IMG/VR virus record: IMGVR_UViG_3300031519_000159
Coordinates: 1 to 28,524 of that record
Direction: 5' to 3' (one strand)
DNA from: a virus
Lineage: Duplodnaviria; Caudoviricetes
DNA length: 28,524 bases
A program made the translations under genes and the position numbers. Shown here in pieces: positions 27,901-28,524 of the stretch. Below the pieces are notes generated by a model. It saw nothing but the letters and a program-made list of their open reading frames with translations, did not search any database and had not been told where the DNA came from. Within the stretch, counting starts at the first letter, position 1, and each line of letters opens with the position of its first letter.

Positions 27901-28377
27901 TTGCGTCAGTTACGTAGAGGAACATTAGGTACTGGTGTTAAAGATACATATGCAACAGCTACTAAAGTGTTTGACCAAAACATAAGTAAAACTGTTCCTT
28001 ACAAAGATAGAACATTAGCGTATAACGTTACAGCAGACGGTGTTACAGCAACGTTTGAGATTAGCTACCCAGTTACAGTAATTGATGAGATTGAAGTGTT
28101 TGTAGGCGGTGTGCGTATGCGTAAGACAGCACTAGATGTGTTTAACTATGCAACAGCATTAGACAGCCCAGAAGGCGATACTACAGTTGCAGCAGACTTT
28201 ACATTTGATGCTAATACTAATGCAATTACATTACTAGTAACACCTGCAGAGAATACAAGAGTAACAGTAGTTAAAAAAGTAGGCCAAAGTTGGACAACTT
28301 TCGGAGAATCATTGGGTGATACAGAAAATAGTATTGCAAGATTCTTACGTGCAGGAACATCTGAGCTACCTGAATAA
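12958..28377 (+). CDS. Giant (5139 aa) virion structural protein: gp7/gpI-like baseplate wedge core with many adhesin-type inserted domains
   Basis: Uninterrupted 15.4-kb ORF coupled to gp6 by TAATG. Contains FYRGAIADKGT (res ~1935) and EEFKPYST (res ~4028) gp7/gpI-like motifs, FG-GAP-like blades, CBM5/12-like repeats, TNPGSGY repeats and VxVNG...DY beta-sandwich repeats. Confidence 0.8.
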   Translation: MAKNDQNESALPVPGQNNKITASDFLPKFFRTQANKKFLQGTLDQLIQPGVAEKINGYYGRTTAKAYKTTDNYIDDINADRTNYQLEPATVIKDNYDNVTFYKDYNDYIGQLSVYGANTDNHSRLNSQETYAWNPSIDWDKFVNFREYYWMPNGPISIPVRGQSRDIVSTYSVTTEDQGDNIAYVFNDGLTRNPNLKLYRGQTYRFEIDTPGHPMAIAISRTFTPGSAILTAGTEGLRSSGLFDATLYGNEYDQGEYIILPSGGSVTFAADDNVSTLYPDGIRKLGEEGEEVAIAYIEKGTIEFTIPFNAPDRLYYISKNAVDTSGQFRIYDIEENAFLDVTADIIGKKTYTSANGVALSNGMKIKFQGDVLPIEYDTNDWYVEGVGNKIKLIKDQDLIIPAAYSDTKRIAFDSDNFDTLPFSDASAYATEKDYIVVNRASPDRNAWSRYNRWHHKDVILKSFEYNDIPRSVDEASRAKRPIIEFEAGLKLNNFGAFAKQDVDLIDTFTTDVFSTIEGQIGYNIDGVNLADNMRILFAADTDILVSGKIYQVKFVKIGNVRQISLIETTDTLPVDLETVLITQGVKNAGKSYHFHGAKWTAAQEKTKRNQHPMFAVYDVNGNSFSDETYYGSTTFNGTNIFSYATGEGTLDTELGFPLSYKSINNSGDIVFNFNLLNDTFTFQTETNLYTQAIKSGYLKKYSSLTKFSYVNGFSNTPTLSKQYVIKEYTATDIQINNFEINVYDNSSSIADLKVVVFVNNKLQLINTDYTIDKTTENAIVTFVKDLVATDVIKIKTDSKTVKNSNGYYEFPYNLERNPLNDDVNQFTLGEVIDHVDSMLEDIPGYVGTYLGSGNLRDLGDLDKFGKRFVKHSGPINLPLYHVTNKSYNIVKALKYSKKEYSKFKKTFLDTAVTLGYDGPVKVHVDLVLKTINSDKLKSQPFYFSDMLAAGSANKIDYTVLDSRTTDYPITNNFNLTRLTSSSVLVYLNGKQLTHIKDYNFDTAGYVSITAGQIETDLIEIYEYENTDGSFIAPTPTKLGLYPKYYPELTIDDTVLAKEPSTAGPFKIYGEDSATGTRGWFYPMYTTKSAAGTGAASKSYTFTGMNKLFYIPVTGATLAGNDNIEVTEYPVGVAFIRGHDGSYIKAYKDFRDELLLELETRIFNNIKALYSTDRLDVNTFIGGEFRTNEFTKTEIDNTLLGDFTQWLQQNLNNQTYTNNTFYDRTNNWTFNYSDTTSPNSIENAGFWRGIYVRAFDTDRPHSHPWEMLGLTTKPSWWNTVYGPAPYTGDNLVLWRDLEAGRIADPLNTRINLHYARPGLTNFIPVDSNGKLISPLDSRYVKNFQIEYATRNFKFGDYTPIENAWRKSSEYPFAVLTAMLLNKPAKTMGLGFDVSRINKNLANQWVDTTTNAPIVIKDLKLPNTFESTTRTNTSGLVNYIYNLVASDILSVYNGYVNNLASINNQIGIKIAGFTSKEKFNLILDSRSPTQALTQDGIFIPQENYQVLLNTSSPAELAVYSGLIIERAELGYIVRGYNLEKPYFEYYQTLPGTTSNIVTVGGISERVVPWDTNTSYISGEVILHNNAYYRVITSFTSSRTFDTSDIVKLPVLPLTGGRTAKFKKNFDTTSIKKLQYGTRFTTAQDVVDFILGYSIRQKEIGFSFENVISGSNEVENWNHAAKQFLFWTTQGWANNSLIALSPGANLLEFNRDYYIVDNIKDEFYGYNVFKADGLFLDSEFNSLLRDKNSFGIETVGTTEGLYHVSLPLVQKEHVVLIDNKTDFNDTIYNPSTGYRQERIRVNGYRSDNWSGGLNIPGFVYDDASFTDWTQWKDYKIGDIVKYKQYYYVATVNAPGTQNFNSNNWYQLNEKPVSQLMTNFDYRVTQFTDFYDLDSDSFDTEQQKMAQHLIGYQKRQYLANIINDDVSQFKFYRGAIADKGTMNVFTKLFDALGNTADNLEFYEEWAIQVGRYGAVDDVEQVEYNLEQDKMQESPQAVELVKTLPATNFDKIYRILPNETFDKPAGYTHAPFPTKTLTNEYIKTGGYTKEDDVDFIVGNLVDLSAVDTNQINLGNTIWVTDTDNKSWTVMQLINATVNVLAVNTLITEVATNNLRLIELTLDKWANGIFTPGDYVGIRSAEEYNINGLYEVDSINLNTIRIRSPLDNEILDIAIEDNKSYAMSLLRTVRVDNVADINVATNQNIYNKQRLWVDTYKNDWAVLENNSVYLNSQIITNTADYDSTDQGFSDSVAITKNNTNVFVSSPNDANGKVSVYRRTREQSNLLLDQEIVLENDDLFDINDSDFGKSIAVSPDGEYLVVGIPQASSVKTNLAYKTDANTSLSTFDFQSDATYVKNDIVRYRESLWKANREILPEIANQPFSTFDTYVNIAAAADADSTTLNLLVAADPGLQNSTSITPHLLVRAPKDMYIGTKPGDTINLFWNRRSYTYPTLDNYIPFDGLIPVITPEWLSQDHNIVEKIDHVFFVETFVSLPVLGSIITTDTGSAEVAYVGSRRDSAVVYVKNTNGIFNTTGELFINELDFVGFYTEEATYATSDAIGGFWMIAASESYSNNGVYYDNGRGLVYADVKLQGSVRGLNEYYNIQDTVGAIGTYVTNKNNVSYIEQLSYRGDTAEEDGRDGAERDLPSNKWVARVGNTFSDYLTIGETQEFRLYNLDNRVIDVTSAGFTYDILNKQQTVVDLWDGYIDFTLTEFDFQGFAFEPQVSDVIEDVQYPRDGQGGLALTPISTSTAEVVFMKRNFNSVRVYLKVLTGEWLEQSNIGRYQIRRKANTSLRTSTDTARVIGTVTDINNNIVLGTSLVGKLVVFEHTGNFDIVNTPRIIDEEYWFFDETTEQGIERLPNPPFSLNKDYTQIYNIPALKTGTSRNLANEGATAIYRRLRDGSYRFQNVFVSEYRAANRNFGSKVAIVQTGNYYTLLVASDSIASVGETDSTGRRIHPGAIEIFRHGTKATDSFKGDYKLTAFNIGDIVIYKDDYYICRKATTAVQNVIVDPIYWNKISWQHGKDANYRGIFDNTYTYKSGNIVVHGNTLWKAATNIAVSAAAPSVSNNSWISISTDVDYVGYLPNLTANAFYDEDVFDPIENIVEFSKSFDISDDAQVLVATSKQQTRLDSTSDVTLAIYRAVGEQFQLSQTITAPDNVTAWADKVTLNPAGTQFAISSMLNDTNKVNQGVVYVYTQTAGTFTLTQTLTPPQNEESEGFGFGLDFGTDNLVVSSLNGDQIIPTTFDVAVYSATEDTATTFDNEFTNFRNIKLDKGVVYVYEAVNNSLIYSEQFVYPLTQTTFGENIYANGNHVYIGMPDQLVDSSGGTGVDDTAGNKGQLLDFRKNKNTFAWNVISEGITPVDVDNIRGMFLYNKRENRIVSYIDYIDPVQGKIAGPADQEITFKTPFDPAVYNTGDINDSSVDANRAWTEKHVGQVWWNINTAKFAHAYQGSTTFQKNNWNKLTPDASIDVFEWVESNFIPSIWDSIADTPNGLGIRISGTSLFGDARYSTKIIYNEVSKTFSNKYYFWVVNKVTVPVMENRKLSITDITALIENPRTQGYPFVSLLSNNKFVLNNFDTFIDSDDLVLNIRYSTGPKKTQNVHSQYKLISDGVDTSKPDPDIERKWFDSLIGFDNNNKIVPDPTISVKTRYGVQNRPRQSMFVNRFEALKQTIERINLKLAQNLIVDEYDISKLTQLDTSPSAISKEYDLITDTFAELAFVSTNKITPAVLTPVITNGRISRINITDPGRGYKVAPSFKINGDGTDAEFNITINNLGQITEITTINSGSGYASTTSITVRPYTVLVNADENIQNKWALYSWNKTDNNWYRRKLQSYNVDLFWDYIDWYATGYNQFTNINDTISGSYQLPSLDNNLGDIVKIENVGSGGWLLLRKTDTQDTEDYTINYDTIGRQNGTIKFKDTLYDYAKNTTGFDNRSFDSNFYDNNPSVELRIILETIRDEIFVGDLEIEYNQLFMAALRYVMSEQSAVDWMFKTSFVKAKHNRETLNQKDITFDNDNLASYQDFVEEFKPYSTKVREFVSEYTANDPTNSSVSDFDLPPVYNRTTGTIDASRSIIVDGIVTKENLDTTTYPRKNWKDNHGYKITEIKLGDSGSGFTFEPIITLTGGSGTGATAKAYLGYGKITSIKVTNPGSGYTSAPTVVISGSQLETGTPAKATAVLGNGLVRSPSVKIKFDRTSGTFTFDTLAKVETFTGTGFENRFFLEWPMDLDTKKVNVYVDNILQLRSKYTFTNIENTDKSYSREQGKVLFATPPKLDAVIRVEYSIPLSMLSAEDRVKFAYNPIAGMYGNDLAQLMTGVDYGGVEVRSFDFDGPAGFDTAGWYTDNWDEFDSTFEDEVFTADGSTIAVQLSAALEDGVVYNLYKNGVRIDDPNFIAGTPTNVNAITNSITGDGTTDIIYVQDLGIELNDDDIFVIRKTTSDGSVVPDANSYDTALSGGDLAYTSARGIAAEEIIVDGDGFVTPTTSSGPEEIVPGQILDTLDIKVFTRDSAGQGVISSQSYIMNDGLLYDLNVTPNSKDAVIVKINNVILPQTDYTINWSANTVTLDTAVPGAELSIVAVAQGTQNILDFGKLFGDGIKTEFETLVDWETDVTVYASIDGVQQTVAAFKSETTPKTVIRFDEVVTQDAVINYTVFVADEQVNYSQITKDTFAGNGTDTVFELAGAPLYAIPSEHNVIVKVDNTILNAGYNIQYTIPANSQREFPLEIFQMPAGSLDVADLKVFLNGVAITTPIQWRFEIANSSITLADEIGAPGDLLEMYVITDGDYRIDGTTVTLDTAPVDSAVIEVIQFTNHDLLGANRISYDVIARTTLVPEDIDYITYNRLTVGEVKLRSPAVDAQYVWVSVNGELLTPSVDYSVTDDKLKVQLVRQPAANDVIDVIHFTAPVSTSKFAYRQFKDMLNRTHFKRLDTSPAKLAQALNYYDLRIELDNASDLSEPNKSQNLPGVIFIAGERIEYFVKEENTLRQLRRGTLGTGVKDTYATATKVFDQNISKTVPYKDRTLAYNVTADGVTATFEISYPVTVIDEIEVFVGGVRMRKTALDVFNYATALDSPEGDTTVAADFTFDANTNAITLLVTPAENTRVTVVKKVGQSWTTFGESLGDTENSIARFLRAGTSELPE

Positions 28378-28380
28378 ATA
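28374..28380 (+). promoter_or_regulatory. Putative late promoter ATAAATA overlapping the stop codon of the giant gene
   Basis: TAAATA at 28375-28380, followed by SD AGGA (28387-28390) and ATG 28399. Confidence 0.65.
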
Positions 28381-28398
28381 CAGTATAGGAAAAAATAA

Positions 28399-28524
28399 AT
28401 GAGCGATAACATGCAAGACACAAACGGAGTATTAGTTCAGGGACATATTAAGATATTCGACCCTGAATCACAAAAGGTATACATTGACAAGCGCAATGCA
28501 ATTCACTATGAAAATATGAGTATT
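28399..28524 (+). CDS. 5' end of the next (probably baseplate/tail structural) gene, truncated by the window edge
   Basis: Open frame MSDNMQDTNGVLVQGHIKIFDPESQKVYIDKRNAIHYENMSI running to the end, with an SD and late box upstream. The function is inferred from context only. Confidence 0.75.
   Translation, partial: MSDNMQDTNGVLVQGHIKIFDPESQKVYIDKRNAIHYENMSI

Larger units (their letters stand above)
1..28524. mobile_element. Segment of a large T4-like myovirus genome: late sigma factor plus contractile-tail baseplate module
   Basis: gp55-like sigma factor, gp53-, gp5-, gp25-, gp6- and gp7-like genes in canonical baseplate order, TAAATA late boxes, near-complete coding density and no cellular housekeeping genes. 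Confidence 0.92.

Noticed and set aside
1048-28377. Bacterial eCIS/tailocin or T6SS locus
   Set aside because: The gene order is similar, but the adjacent gp55-like sigma, TAAATA late boxes and T4-type gp6 point to a phage. No eCIS ATPase or T6SS membrane-complex genes are present in the window.
12958-28377. Intein, intron, stop-codon recoding or DGR target explaining the giant ORF
   Set aside because: The frame is open in the standard code, and no splice-junction or LAGLIDADG motifs, reverse transcriptase or near-identical TR/VR repeat pair was noticed by eye.
1149-28421. The short (62-116 aa) alternative-frame and antisense ORFs in the track
   Set aside because: All overlap long, well-supported genes, show no recognisable motifs, and look like shadow frames. 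The HKMQ repeat in 5015-5233 is just the 12-bp VNTR read in another frame.
28484-28512. Internal promoter TTGACA-N17-TATGAA in the last partial gene
   Set aside because: The -10 lacks the conserved final T and the site lies within coding sequence, so it is likely chance.

Overview
A gene-dense, AT-rich segment of a large T4-like myophage (probably a jumbo phage), with no tRNA, rRNA, CRISPR array or IS element visible. On the minus strand, a gp55-like late-transcription sigma factor with a ~140-aa insertion is driven by two tandem perfect TTGACA-17-TATAAT promoters. It is followed by a third sigma70 promoter and the start of a probable gp47-like nuclease. Divergently on the plus strand is a translationally coupled contractile-tail baseplate operon, punctuated by TAAATA late-promoter boxes. 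In order it encodes a tube-initiator/cap, a LysM gp53-like protein, an enlarged hub, an unknown Pro/Thr/Ala-rich 411-aa protein, a gp5/VgrG spike with a C-terminal VgrG3-like peptidoglycan hydrolase, gp25, an enlarged gp6, a 5139-aa gp7-like adhesin mosaic, and the start of the next structural gene. The most notable observations are an early/late promoter switch with a possible bipartite late promoter, a 12-residue motif (LDAFGGxGxNIT) shared at protein level between the hub and the orphan protein, the evolved-VgrG architecture of the spike, and a giant wedge protein carrying a split 7-blade FG-GAP propeller and five CBM5/12-like modules. All family assignments come from motif recognition by eye and recalled reference sequences, not from database searches.
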